From Chitinophagales bacterium (GTDB taxonomy: Bacteria > Bacteroidota > Bacteroidia > Chitinophagales > S012-47): a stretch of 61,722 nucleotides of DNA. A program made the translations under genes and the position numbers. Numbering within the stretch: the first letter of the stretch is position 1; each line of letters begins with the position of its first letter. The notes beneath the pieces were generated by a model. It worked only from the letters and a program-made list of their open reading frames with translations. It was not told the DNA's origin and searched no databases. The stretch is from assembly GCA_026981615.1 (NCBI GenBank), contig JALSIH010000123.1, forward strand, positions 1 through 61,722, in the 5' to 3' direction. Positions 26,375 through 36,924 of the stretch are shown here, in pieces.

Positions 26375-28591
26375 TCACTCCTCTTCTTCTTTTATATCAA
26401 AGCGGGTGATGCTGTATATCCCTTTCAGATTTTTTAACTTTTGGATGAGTTTTTCCAGTTCTCCGGTATCGTGCACATAGAGTTTGATATTTCCCTCGAA
26501 AACACCGTCATGCGAGTCGATCGACATGGCGCGCATATTGATTTTCATTTCTCCGCTGATCACATTGGTAAGTTTGTTGATGACGCCCACATCATCGAGT
26601 CCGCGGATGGTGAGTCCGGTGAGGAATGCAATCTCTTTTTCCCGGTTCCAGCGGGTTTTTACCACCCGGTAGCCGTATTTGCTCATCAGGTGTACGGCAT
26701 TGGGGCAGTTGGTCCGGTGTATTTTGATCTCTCCGTTCAGGTTGATGAATCCGAAGACATCGTCTCCGGGAATCGGGTGGCAGCATTTGGCAAACTGATA
26801 ACTGATCTTATCGGATGATTCCCCGAAGATGAGCAATTCGTCTCCTTTCTTTATGCCTGGCGCCTTCTTCTTCGGAATCGGGCTTTCTTCCTTTTTCGGC
26901 AGCACCAGATGATTGGACCCCGCATCTTTCAGCTTCTTGATTTCATTGAGCGCATATTTTTTCTGAGCTACATTGAAGTAAAGGTCGATGGTATTTTCCA
27001 CTCCGAAATATTGGCAAAGCACTTCGAGATTCTCGTGGTTATATGCCAGCTTAAGCTGTTTGAATTTACGCTCCAAAATCTCCCTTCCTTCGGAGGCAAT
27101 CTTTTTTCTTTCTTCTTTCAGTGCATGTTTGATCCGGCTGCGTGCGCGACTGGTGACCACAAAGTTGAGCCAGTCTTCGGAGGGCTTTTGCTTTCTCGAA
27201 GTGATAATCTCCACCTGGTCGCCATTTGATAATTTCTGACTGATGGGCATCAGCTTGTGGTTGACCTTGGCACCGATGCATTTGTTTCCGATATCGGTAT
27301 GTATCTCGTAGGCAAAGTCGAGGGCCGTTGCGCCCGATGGCAATATCTTCAGGTCTCCGTTGGGCGTAAAAACATAAATCTCCTTGCTGAAAAGGTTGAG
27401 CTTGAAGTCATCCATAAAATCGAGTGCATTCGACTCCGGGTTCTTCAGCAATTCTCTGATTTTCTGCAGCCAGTCGTCCAAGGCACTTTCGCTGCTCCCT
27501 TCCTTGTACTTCCAGTGGGCGGCAAAGCCTTTTTCCGCTATCTCATCCATCCTTTCGGTGCGTATTTGCACCTCCACCCATCGTCCTTTGGGCCCCATGA
27601 CGGTGGTGTGCAATGATTCGTAGCCATTCGACTTCGGAGTGGATATCCAGTCGCGCAGGCGCCCGGGGTTGGGCTGGTAAAAGTCCGTTACAATGGAATA
27701 AACCTTCCAGCAGGCCGCTTTTTCCTCTTCGGGTGTGGCATCCACAATGATACGAATGGCAAAAAGGTCATACACCTCCTCAAACTCCACATTCTTCTTC
27801 CTCATCTTTTCGTAAATGGAGTGAATGGACTTGGGGCGACCCAGTATTTTGAATTTCACATTTTCGCGGTTCAGCTCTGCCACAATCGGCTTGATAAACT
27901 CATTGATGTAGCGGGTGCGCTCGCGCTTCGTCTGTTGCAGTTTTCTAGCTATGGATTTATACGTCTCGGGCTCCGTGTATTTCAGGGAGAGGTCTTCCAG
28001 CTCGCTTTTGATCGCGTAAAGGCCCAGTCGATGAGCCAACGGAGCGTATAGGTAGAGCGTTTCGCTGGCAATTTTCAATTGTTTATTGCGGGGCATGCTG
28101 TCCATGGTGCGCATATTGTGCAGGCGGTCTGCAATCTTTATCAGTATTACGCGCACATCTTTGGCCAGGGTGAGCAGCAGCTTCCTGAAATTCTCGGCCT
28201 GAAAAGAGCTTTTCAGATCGAAGACCTGGTTGATCTTCGTAAGGCCGTCAATAATCTCAGCCACCTTGGGCCCGAAGTAGCCTTCAATATCATCCAGCGT
28301 GATCTCGGTGTCTTCCACCGTATCATGCAAAAGGGCGCATGCAATGGCCGTGGGCCCGAGGCCGATCTCACCGGCTACGATTTTTGCTACGTTGATGGGA
28401 TGGGTGATGTAGGGCTCTCCCGACTTTCTGCGCATGTCTTTATGCGCTTCGGCCGCCATTTTAAAGGCCTCTCGTATCAGTTTTTTGTCTTGCCGCGAAA
28501 AATTACGGTCGCAGGCAAGCAGCAAACTGCGATACTCTTTCAATATAAGTTTCCGATCCTGTTCGGCATCTATAAAATCCAGCATTTGCAT
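26375..28591 (-). CDS. rel: bifunctional (p)ppGpp synthetase/hydrolase (RelA/SpoT homologue)
   Basis: HD hydrolase motif (HDTVEDT), synthetase domain, TGS and C-terminal ACT-like regions. 738 aa. Confidence 0.95.
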   Translation of the reverse strand: MQMLDFIDAEQDRKLILKEYRSLLLACDRNFSRQDKKLIREAFKMAAEAHKDMRRKSGEPYITHPINVAKIVAGEIGLGPTAIACALLHDTVEDTEITLDDIEGYFGPKVAEIIDGLTKINQVFDLKSSFQAENFRKLLLTLAKDVRVILIKIADRLHNMRTMDSMPRNKQLKIASETLYLYAPLAHRLGLYAIKSELEDLSLKYTEPETYKSIARKLQQTKRERTRYINEFIKPIVAELNRENVKFKILGRPKSIHSIYEKMRKKNVEFEEVYDLFAIRIIVDATPEEEKAACWKVYSIVTDFYQPNPGRLRDWISTPKSNGYESLHTTVMGPKGRWVEVQIRTERMDEIAEKGFAAHWKYKEGSSESALDDWLQKIRELLKNPESNALDFMDDFKLNLFSKEIYVFTPNGDLKILPSGATALDFAYEIHTDIGNKCIGAKVNHKLMPISQKLSNGDQVEIITSRKQKPSEDWLNFVVTSRARSRIKHALKEERKKIASEGREILERKFKQLKLAYNHENLEVLCQYFGVENTIDLYFNVAQKKYALNEIKKLKDAGSNHLVLPKKEESPIPKKKAPGIKKGDELLIFGESSDKISYQFAKCCHPIPGDDVFGFINLNGEIKIHRTNCPNAVHLMSKYGYRVVKTRWNREKEIAFLTGLTIRGLDDVGVINKLTNVISGEMKINMRAMSIDSHDGVFEGNIKLYVHDTGELEKLIQKLKNLKGIYSITRFDIKEEEE

Positions 28592-28704
28592 TCCTTGTAT
28601 CTCCCTCCTGCTCTAATTTCATGAGAAAATCAATAGCACGAAGCGCCCGTACCGGGCCGCTCTGTTCAAAATACATTTGGGTGAAATTTTTTATTGAAAT
28701 TACG

Positions 28705-28712
28705 TAATTTTG
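28705..28712 (+). promoter_or_regulatory. possible -7 promoter box (TAatTTTG) upstream of tRNA-Leu(TAG)/tig
   Basis: Exact TAnnTTTG match, but it lies 112 nt upstream of the tRNA, so the assignment is weak. Confidence 0.3.
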
Positions 28713-28823
28713 CAGCCTTATTTCATAACGTGATCTGAATTAAAATAGATCATCGGAAATCAGCTTGTTCTAAAAAAATAATTATTGGGCCGTAAGGTAG
28801 TGTGGACCGGCAATGAATACATT

Positions 28824-28905
28824 GCGGATGTGGCGGAACTGGTAGACGCGCCAGATTTAGGATCTGGTGCCGCAAGGCGTGTGGGTTCGAGTCCCTCCAT
28901 CCGCA
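28824..28905 (+). tRNA. tRNA-Leu (anticodon TAG), type II, CCA not encoded
   Basis: Acceptor GCGGATG/CATCCGC. Anticodon stem CCAGA/TCTGG with loop TTTAGGA. Variable arm GCC-GCAA-GGC. T loop TTCGAGT. One T-T mismatch in the T stem. Confidence 0.85.
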
Positions 28906-28963
28906 CTGGCATGCACAATCCTTCGGCCCGATTTTTTATCTGACCGTACTAAATCATTATAAA

Positions 28964-30322
28964 GTGAGTGTAAAAAAAGAAGAAATCGGCCCGCAGCACC
29001 TGAAACTGGAAATCCTCATCAATCCGGAAGATTATCAGCCCGGTGTGGAAAAGTCACTGAAGGACTATGCCCGGAAAATTGACCTGAAGGGCTTTCGAAA
29101 GGGACATGTCCCCAAAGGCATTATCAAAAAAATGTATGGCATCGAGATACTGGCCGAAGAACTCAACAAATTGGTGGGCAAAGAACTCAATGAATATCTC
29201 GAGAGTGAAAAACTCAAGATCCTTGGCGAGCCCATGGCCATTATGGACAAGCAAATCAAATTTGACCCAAACAGCAAGCAGCCCTATACTTTTGAATTTG
29301 AAATCGGCCTGCAACCCGATATTTCTCTTGATTTTCTGAATGAGAAACCCTCGATCGTGCGGCATAAGATCAAAATCGATGAGGAGATGCTGAACAAGGA
29401 GATAGAACACCTGCAACGCAGATACGGAAAGGTGAGCCAGGCAGATGCCGTGCAAAGCGATGAGGATGTGGTAAAAGTAAAACTGGAAGAACTGGACGAA
29501 AACGGAGAGCCCGCAGAGAAGGGCATCGTCAATGAACCGGCCATCGCTGTGGAAGTTTTTAAGAAGAGCGCCAAAAGCAAGCTTAAAAAACTGAAGCGCG
29601 GTGAAAGCATGGAAATCGACCTGAAGAAAGACCTCGATAAAGACTATGACGAGGTCTTGACAGAAGTATTAAATCTGCAGGGCACCCCACCCGAACACGA
29701 CCGCTTTCGTTTAACCTTATTGGAGATCAACCATACGGAGAAGGCTCCGCTCGACCAGGAGTTGTTTGACAAAGTATACGGAAAAGACAACGTAAAGAGT
29801 GAAGAAGCGTTTAGAGAGAAGGTAAAAGAAGAGCTTGCAGGCGTTTTGGCCAATTATGAAGATCAGCAGCTGCAGCGCGACATAGCCGATACGGTGATGG
29901 AAAAAACAGCCTTGCAGTTTCCGGAGGATTTTCTGAAACGCTGGCTCAAGAGCTCCAACCCGAATCTGAGCGAAGAAGATATTGAAGATGAATTTCCGCG
30001 ATTTCTGGAAGGAATCAAATGGAACCTAATTAAAACCCATCTGCTTAAAGAGGCAGATGCAAAGATATCAAGAGAGGATCTCCTGGAGCAAACCTCTCTG
30101 ATGATAAAGGCCGAATACGGTCTGGGAGGTGATGACGAGCAAAGCCGGATGCTGGTAAAGCAACTGGCCGAAAAGATGCTGGAAGACAAGGAACATGTCA
30201 ACCGGGTGTATGAGATTCTGGAAGAATCAAAGGTTTTTGATTTATTAAAGGATAAATTTGAGATCAAAGAGAAAGAAGTAAGCCTCGAAAAATTTAAAGA
30301 CCTGAACAAGAAAAAGAAATAG
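28964..30322 (+). CDS. tig: trigger factor
   Basis: About 450 aa, Lys/Glu-rich protein with [17 protein letters not shown] (ribosome-binding GFRxGxxP motif). GTG start. It sits directly upstream of clpP-clpX, the classical arrangement. Confidence 0.9.
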   Translation: MSVKKEEIGPQHLKLEILINPEDYQPGVEKSLKDYARKIDLKGFRKGHVPKGIIKKMYGIEILAEELNKLVGKELNEYLESEKLKILGEPMAIMDKQIKFDPNSKQPYTFEFEIGLQPDISLDFLNEKPSIVRHKIKIDEEMLNKEIEHLQRRYGKVSQADAVQSDEDVVKVKLEELDENGEPAEKGIVNEPAIAVEVFKKSAKSKLKKLKRGESMEIDLKKDLDKDYDEVLTEVLNLQGTPPEHDRFRLTLLEINHTEKAPLDQELFDKVYGKDNVKSEEAFREKVKEELAGVLANYEDQQLQRDIADTVMEKTALQFPEDFLKRWLKSSNPNLSEEDIEDEFPRFLEGIKWNLIKTHLLKEADAKISREDLLEQTSLMIKAEYGLGGDDEQSRMLVKQLAEKMLEDKEHVNRVYEILEESKVFDLLKDKFEIKEKEVSLEKFKDLNKKKK

Positions 30323-30326
30323 AGAT

Positions 30327-31013
30327 ATGAAAGACTTTGGAAAAGAATTCCGGGAATATGCGGTAAAGGGAAAGGGCATGAGCAGCATGCACCTCGACAA
30401 ATACATTACCTCGACCATTACGAATTTCACACCCTACATCATTGAAGAGCGGCAATTGAATGTGCAGGCACTGGATGTTTTCTCGCGCCTCATGATGGAT
30501 CGCATTATCTTTCTTGGCAATCCCATTGACGATTACATTGCAAATGTGGTGCAAGCCCAAATGCTTTTCCTGGAGTCGGCCGATCCGAAGCGCGACATCA
30601 TGATGTATATCAACAGTCCGGGCGGGGTGGTCTATGCCGGCCTCGGCATTTATGACACCATGACCTATATCGGACCCGATGTGGCCACCATTTGCACGGG
30701 CATGGCAGCCTCCATGGCAGCCGTGCTGCTGGCAGCCGGAACGGCAGGCAAACGCTCGGCCCTCCCCCACAGCCGGGTGATGATCCATCAGCCGCTGGGA
30801 GGCGCGCAGGGACAGGCCAAAGACATTGAGATTACTTTCAAGGAGATACAGAAGATCAAGCAGGACTTGTATGAAATACTTGCCAAACATACCGGACAGA
30901 AATATGAACGGATAGAGGAAGATGCCGATCGCGACTTTTGGATGCGGGCCAGCGAAGCAAAGAAATACGGGATGATTGATGAAGTACTGGAAAGAAAACC
31001 AAAAACAGATTAA
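30327..31013 (+). CDS. clpP: ATP-dependent Clp protease proteolytic subunit
   Basis: [10 protein letters not shown] Ser site and IHQPLGG His site of ClpP. Confidence 0.95.
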   Translation: MKDFGKEFREYAVKGKGMSSMHLDKYITSTITNFTPYIIEERQLNVQALDVFSRLMMDRIIFLGNPIDDYIANVVQAQMLFLESADPKRDIMMYINSPGGVVYAGLGIYDTMTYIGPDVATICTGMAASMAAVLLAAGTAGKRSALPHSRVMIHQPLGGAQGQAKDIEITFKEIQKIKQDLYEILAKHTGQKYERIEEDADRDFWMRASEAKKYGMIDEVLERKPKTD

Positions 31014-31033
31014 TTCGTAGGAGAACGGTAGAG

Positions 31034-32272
<1,239 letters not shown>

Positions 32273-32274
32273 GC

Positions 32275-32871
32275 TCAAGTGCGCGTATAAGCTTCCATGT
32301 GCCGGGCAAAATACTTGGCCAGAACATCAAACTCCAGATTGACCTCCTCCCCTGCTTTTAATAGCCCGAGGGTCGTATGCTCCAAAGTATAGGGGATCAC
32401 GGTTACTCTGAACCGCGCTTCCCCCGGATCAATAAGCGTCAGGCTCACTCCGTTGATCGTTATGCTTCCTTTGTCAACCAGCATATTCCGGTAATCCGGA
32501 GGGTAGGAAAACTCCATAAGAACAGAGCCCTCGCGGTCAATGAGCCGCTCACAGCGCCCGGTGGCATCCACATGTCCCTGAACAATATGCCCGTCAAGCC
32601 GGTCGCCCACCCGCAGCGAGCGCTCCAGATTGACACGGTCACCGGGGCGAAGCATCCCGAGGCGGGTGCGCTGCAAGGTCTCTTCCACCAGATCCACACG
32701 GTGTTGGTTCCCTTCCACTTCCGTGACCGTCAGGCAAACTCCGTCATGGGCTACACTTTGATCCACTTTCAGTTCATGGCCGATTTCCGACTCAATGGCC
32801 AGGCTGAGGTTTCTCCCGCTTTTCCGTAGCTCCGCGATACGCCCGCATGTCTCCACAATTCCTGTAAACAT
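32275..32871 (-). CDS. ribE: riboflavin synthase
   Basis: N-terminal MFTGIVE and the internally duplicated lumazine-binding barrel pattern. Confidence 0.9.
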   Translation of the reverse strand: MFTGIVETCGRIAELRKSGRNLSLAIESEIGHELKVDQSVAHDGVCLTVTEVEGNQHRVDLVEETLQRTRLGMLRPGDRVNLERSLRVGDRLDGHIVQGHVDATGRCERLIDREGSVLMEFSYPPDYRNMLVDKGSITINGVSLTLIDPGEARFRVTVIPYTLEHTTLGLLKAGEEVNLEFDVLAKYFARHMEAYTRT

Positions 32872-32883
32872 TTTTATATCCGC

Positions 32884-35643
32884 TTATCTGATAATCTGAA
32901 TATACCCGCTCAACGGCTTACTCAATTTCACCACACCCGCCACACGCAATTCATATACTTCGCAAACGTAGTGATAGCTTCCCTCTTCCACCTCCTTGCC
33001 GTTTCTCATATTTCGTCCGTCCCAGTTGATCATCGGGTCATTCGTTTCAAATACCAACACCCCCCAGCGGTTGAAAATGCGGATATTGATATGATCAATA
33101 AAGAAATAAGGAAGTATCGGTGTAAAAAGATCATTGTCGCCATCGCCATTCGGAGTGAAAGTATTGGGAAGGCGATAGAGCGGACAATTGTCAAGACAGA
33201 TTTTTGCCGAGCGCGATGATTCATTGCCAAAGGTATCATAAGCCGTGACCACATAACATCCGGCCAGTGCCTCCAGGTCGGCATGGTCATATTGGTGAAC
33301 ATCCGGATCGGGTATCTCCAGAATCATCTTCAGGCTGTCCTGTCCGGAAGCTGCGAAGTAGATGCGATACCCTTCCAGGTCAAAATCACCGCATACGGTA
33401 CGGGGGTCGGTCCATTGCAAATGGTTCACCAGGTTTTCGGGGTCGGGCAGCGATCCGTCTTCACAACTGTTGCTGACACTCAGCTCAGGAGCACAGGGAG
33501 GCACGGTATCCCGCGGAATATCACATACAATCTGGCTATTGTTGACAAGGGTATCCGGAAGGCGGGAATTGTAGTAGCTGCCATAGGAACGCACATAGTA
33601 GCAATATTGCAGCAGGTTGCCAAGGCCGGCATCTATAAATTCTTTTGATGAGGTGGAGGCATAAAGCTCGTAGTTGCTGCTGTCCGGGTGGAGGCGGTAG
33701 ACCTCATAGTAAAAATTATTCCAGGGAACCTGCTCGTCCCACTGAAGATAAATTTGCTTATTGCTGGCGGTAGTCTTCAAGAAAACCGATGAGGCGCCTT
33801 CCGACTCGCCCACTTCATACGCACCACTTACCGGATCGGTGGCATAAAAGCGTATGGAGTAGCTGTGTGCAAGATTCGCGGTGTTTATATTCTGATGGAG
33901 AAAACTGTCGGGGCGCAGAGCAGCGAAGGAATTAAACAGGTAGGTATTCAGAAGAGTAGTGCCCGCACCTGTTGACAGTCCCTCATGAGCAAAAAGCTCG
34001 TATTTGTACGGGCCCGGATTTTTGAAAGTATCCAGCGCCTCTTCATCCGGAGGATACCATTTGACCATGATATTTCCAAGAGACGGATCGGTGGAGCGCA
34101 CATCGACATTGGTAATAACGGGCACATCCGATTTGAGCTGGGCACAGGCCGCATTGGAGGGTTGACTTGCTACCTGGTTGTAGAAGAACTCGCTGTTGGG
34201 CACCTGTTCGGCAAATTCTGCCTGCACGCGGTAAGAGTACACCACTCCTACCCGGGCTGTTTTGTCGAAGTAGCGATATCCGATAAAAGGTTTGGCCTTG
34301 GATATACGCTGATAGCCGAGTTGTGCAAGGCGGGCGGGGGCACATTCCCTGATATCCGTTGAGTCACAGCCGCGTTTGCGCCAGACGGTAAAGCCGACAA
34401 AATTTTTAAAGTTGCCACCATCACAGGCATAGAGGCTGTCCCAGCGTATTTCAATTTGCTTGTTGGGCTGGTCAATGCGGGCTTCCAGGTTCGCAGGTGC
34501 CGGGCCCACTACTTCGATGAGCCAGGTCTCGGCATCGCTATAGCCCGTTTGCAGATTGCTGACTTTGTAATCGTCACGTGCGGTAAAAACGGTGATGTAC
34601 TTCGACCTGCGCACATGCGAGCAGTCCGTCTGCCAGTTGAAAAGCCCCGTGGCCGGTGAAAACCGGGGAGCATCGCTGATCCAGGTGGCAGGGTTGCTTT
34701 GAACGGCAAAGGGGCCGCCTACGGCCGTAAACTCCAATATCCGGTCGCCCGGATCATTGGCAAAAACGCTTTGGCGAATCTCCTCTCCGGCTATCGCACA
34801 GCGCTCATCGAGCCGGCTCACTTCGGGCGGCAGATTGGTCGAATCGCCCACCCATATCTGCATGTCGCGGATAATGCTCCCCAGATAGAGTCCGTCTCTG
34901 AATTCACGTATCAAAATGGCAATATTGTAGATTCCTTTCTGATGGGGTACATCCCAGGTGATCTCGCCCGTAAAGCGATCCAGCTTAAATTCATTGGGCA
35001 GCGACACTCCGGCATTGGTAAAGAGCGGATCGTCCGGAAAGCCGAGAAAGGGAACCGGCAGACCCTGATCCTGAAGCGGAGGAATAAGCGTAAAAACCAA
35101 ACTGTCGCCATCCGGATCATAGGCCCCCGGATTGTGGCGAAAGGGATGATACTGAGCGGCAAAGACAATGGGATGTTCCAAGAGAACGGGCGAACTGTTG
35201 AATCCGAAAAACTGCGGATCCACTATGCGAAGGGTATCCTCGATATAAAATGGCACCTCTACCGAAGCACTTATATTTTTGATGCCTGCCACACGGTTGG
35301 GGTCAAACATGGCCAGCCGATAGCACCCCGGGCCGGGGAAAGTGTACGAATCGAGGCGATATTCGGTACGCACCACATCCCCCACAATGGCCTGAACCGA
35401 TGACTTTTTAATGACGAGGGTATCCAGCGGTACCGTTCCATCCGGGCAATAGTAAATTTTCAGCGTCAGGCTGTCGCGATATGCCGAGGAACTGATATCG
35501 CTGTACGTGATGATCGTAATCTCATAGCGAAAGGTATTGCCCGGCAATTTGCGGTAAACAATCTCCCCCGCCCGGTTGTGGGTGGCCATCAATTGCCCCG
35601 CGGCAAGGAAAGCAAATATCAGAGAAAGGAAAAGTTTGCGCAT
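32884..35643 (-). CDS. gliding-motility-associated (type B) T9SS C-terminal-domain protein, large secreted protein
   Basis: C-terminal NTFTPNGDGDNDLFTP...INWDGRN... signature of the type-B CTD. Signal peptide at the N-terminus. Confidence 0.8.
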   Translation of the reverse strand: MRKLFLSLIFAFLAAGQLMATHNRAGEIVYRKLPGNTFRYEITIITYSDISSSAYRDSLTLKIYYCPDGTVPLDTLVIKKSSVQAIVGDVVRTEYRLDSYTFPGPGCYRLAMFDPNRVAGIKNISASVEVPFYIEDTLRIVDPQFFGFNSSPVLLEHPIVFAAQYHPFRHNPGAYDPDGDSLVFTLIPPLQDQGLPVPFLGFPDDPLFTNAGVSLPNEFKLDRFTGEITWDVPHQKGIYNIAILIREFRDGLYLGSIIRDMQIWVGDSTNLPPEVSRLDERCAIAGEEIRQSVFANDPGDRILEFTAVGGPFAVQSNPATWISDAPRFSPATGLFNWQTDCSHVRRSKYITVFTARDDYKVSNLQTGYSDAETWLIEVVGPAPANLEARIDQPNKQIEIRWDSLYACDGGNFKNFVGFTVWRKRGCDSTDIRECAPARLAQLGYQRISKAKPFIGYRYFDKTARVGVVYSYRVQAEFAEQVPNSEFFYNQVASQPSNAACAQLKSDVPVITNVDVRSTDPSLGNIMVKWYPPDEEALDTFKNPGPYKYELFAHEGLSTGAGTTLLNTYLFNSFAALRPDSFLHQNINTANLAHSYSIRFYATDPVSGAYEVGESEGASSVFLKTTASNKQIYLQWDEQVPWNNFYYEVYRLHPDSSNYELYASTSSKEFIDAGLGNLLQYCYYVRSYGSYYNSRLPDTLVNNSQIVCDIPRDTVPPCAPELSVSNSCEDGSLPDPENLVNHLQWTDPRTVCGDFDLEGYRIYFAASGQDSLKMILEIPDPDVHQYDHADLEALAGCYVVTAYDTFGNESSRSAKICLDNCPLYRLPNTFTPNGDGDNDLFTPILPYFFIDHINIRIFNRWGVLVFETNDPMINWDGRNMRNGKEVEEGSYHYVCEVYELRVAGVVKLSKPLSGYIQIIR

Positions 35644-35807
35644 GTCGGGTACTTAAAAACTGATTGAAATTACAAAATCGCCCATGAATGAAGTTACTAA
35701 TTAACGAGCAAGATATCATTCCATTGTAAAATAGCGCTTCCTGCTGCCACCCTCCACTCTATACAGGAATATCAGGATAAATTACAAAGTTGCTAAGCTT
35801 GACGGCT

Positions 35808-35815
35808 TATATTTG
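35808..35815 (+). promoter_or_regulatory. Bacteroidota -7 promoter box (TAtaTTTG), start codon 7 nt downstream
   Basis: Exact match ending 6 nt before ATG 35822. This implies a leaderless or near-leaderless transcript. Confidence 0.4.
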
Positions 35816-35821
35816 CATAGC

Positions 35822-36871
35822 ATGGAGCACTACAAGGAAAAGAGCCGCAGATTCTACAATCGTCTGTATGTGGCAGCTGCCATGCTGGTCTTTGCCACAT
35901 TGAGCGGTGTGGTCGGATACATGCTGATAGAGGGTTACAACTGGGTGGAGGCTTTTTACATGACGGTGATCACCCTTTCGACCGTAGGTTTTTCCGAGGT
36001 CAGGCCTCTATCGGCCAGCGGTGAAATTTTCACCGCCTTCCTCATCATTTTTAATATTGGTATTTTCACCTATGCCATTGCCACTTTTTCCAGCTTCCTG
36101 CTGGAGGGAGGGTTCAGGGAAATGCTCGAAAGAAGAAGAATGGAGAAAAAAATCGCTAAGCTGAAGGATCACATTATTGTCTGCGGCTATGGCCGCTACG
36201 GTCAGGCAGTGGCCCGTCATCTCATACGTCATCACCGCAAATTTGTGATCATCGATGAAAACGAGATGGTTCGCGATCAAATTCCGGAAGCCCGCGAACT
36301 GCTTTTTCTACAGGGCGATGCCACCTCCGATGAGATGCTTGAGTTTGCCGGGGTGCATCATGCCAAAAGCCTGATTGCAGCATTGCCCCACGACAGCGAC
36401 AATGTATTTGTCACGCTTTCGGCCCGGCAACTCAATCCCGGCATCAGCCTCATCAGCCGGGCCAATGACCCGGGTTCGGAAGTGAAGCTCAAACGTGCCG
36501 GTGCCAATCATGTGGTGCTCACCAATCAAATTGGCGGCTTTTTTATGGCAGCCCTCGTGACCAAACCCGATACGGTGGAATTCTTTACGGCCCTGACCGA
36601 AAAAGGCGAAGACATGCCCAACTTCGAAGAGGTGGTTTTCGATCGCCTTTCCGGGCAGATCAAAGGCAAAACCATTCGCGAGCTGGAAATCCGACAAAGA
36701 ACAGGCGCCAATGTGGTCGGACTTAAAAAACCCGATGGAGAATTTATCATCAACCCCTCGCCCGATTCTCCCATCGAAGAACACTGCGGAATCATCGTAC
36801 TGGGCTCTACCGAAGAGATCGAACGATTCAAAAAGTACATGAATGAACTAAATGCCGTCCGGACGACATAA
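35822..36871 (+). CDS. two-TM ion channel with RCK (TrkA-N/TrkA-C) domains, MthK-like, non-canonical selectivity filter
   Basis: TM1, a pore helix with TLSTVGFSE, then TM2. After that IIVCGYGRYG (GxGxxG) and a TrkA-C-like C-terminus. Start at ATG 35822; the track start is TTG 35813. Confidence 0.8.
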   Translation: MEHYKEKSRRFYNRLYVAAAMLVFATLSGVVGYMLIEGYNWVEAFYMTVITLSTVGFSEVRPLSASGEIFTAFLIIFNIGIFTYAIATFSSFLLEGGFREMLERRRMEKKIAKLKDHIIVCGYGRYGQAVARHLIRHHRKFVIIDENEMVRDQIPEARELLFLQGDATSDEMLEFAGVHHAKSLIAALPHDSDNVFVTLSARQLNPGISLISRANDPGSEVKLKRAGANHVVLTNQIGGFFMAALVTKPDTVEFFTALTEKGEDMPNFEEVVFDRLSGQIKGKTIRELEIRQRTGANVVGLKKPDGEFIINPSPDSPIEEHCGIIVLGSTEEIERFKKYMNELNAVRTT

Positions 36872-36900
36872 TCTTGAAGGGTCAGCGTAGCACTTTTCAC

Positions 36901-36908
36901 TAAATTTG
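36901..36908 (+). promoter_or_regulatory. Bacteroidota -7 promoter box (TAaaTTTG) for egtB-egtD
   Basis: Exact match 17 nt upstream of ATG 36925. Confidence 0.45.
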
Positions 36909-36924
36909 AAAAAACACCCGGTGG

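Noticed and set aside
28824-28905. T-T mismatch in the T stem of tRNA-Leu(TAG) as a sign of a pseudogene
   Set aside because: The acceptor, D, anticodon and variable arms and the T loop are all canonical. A single mismatch at that position is tolerable.
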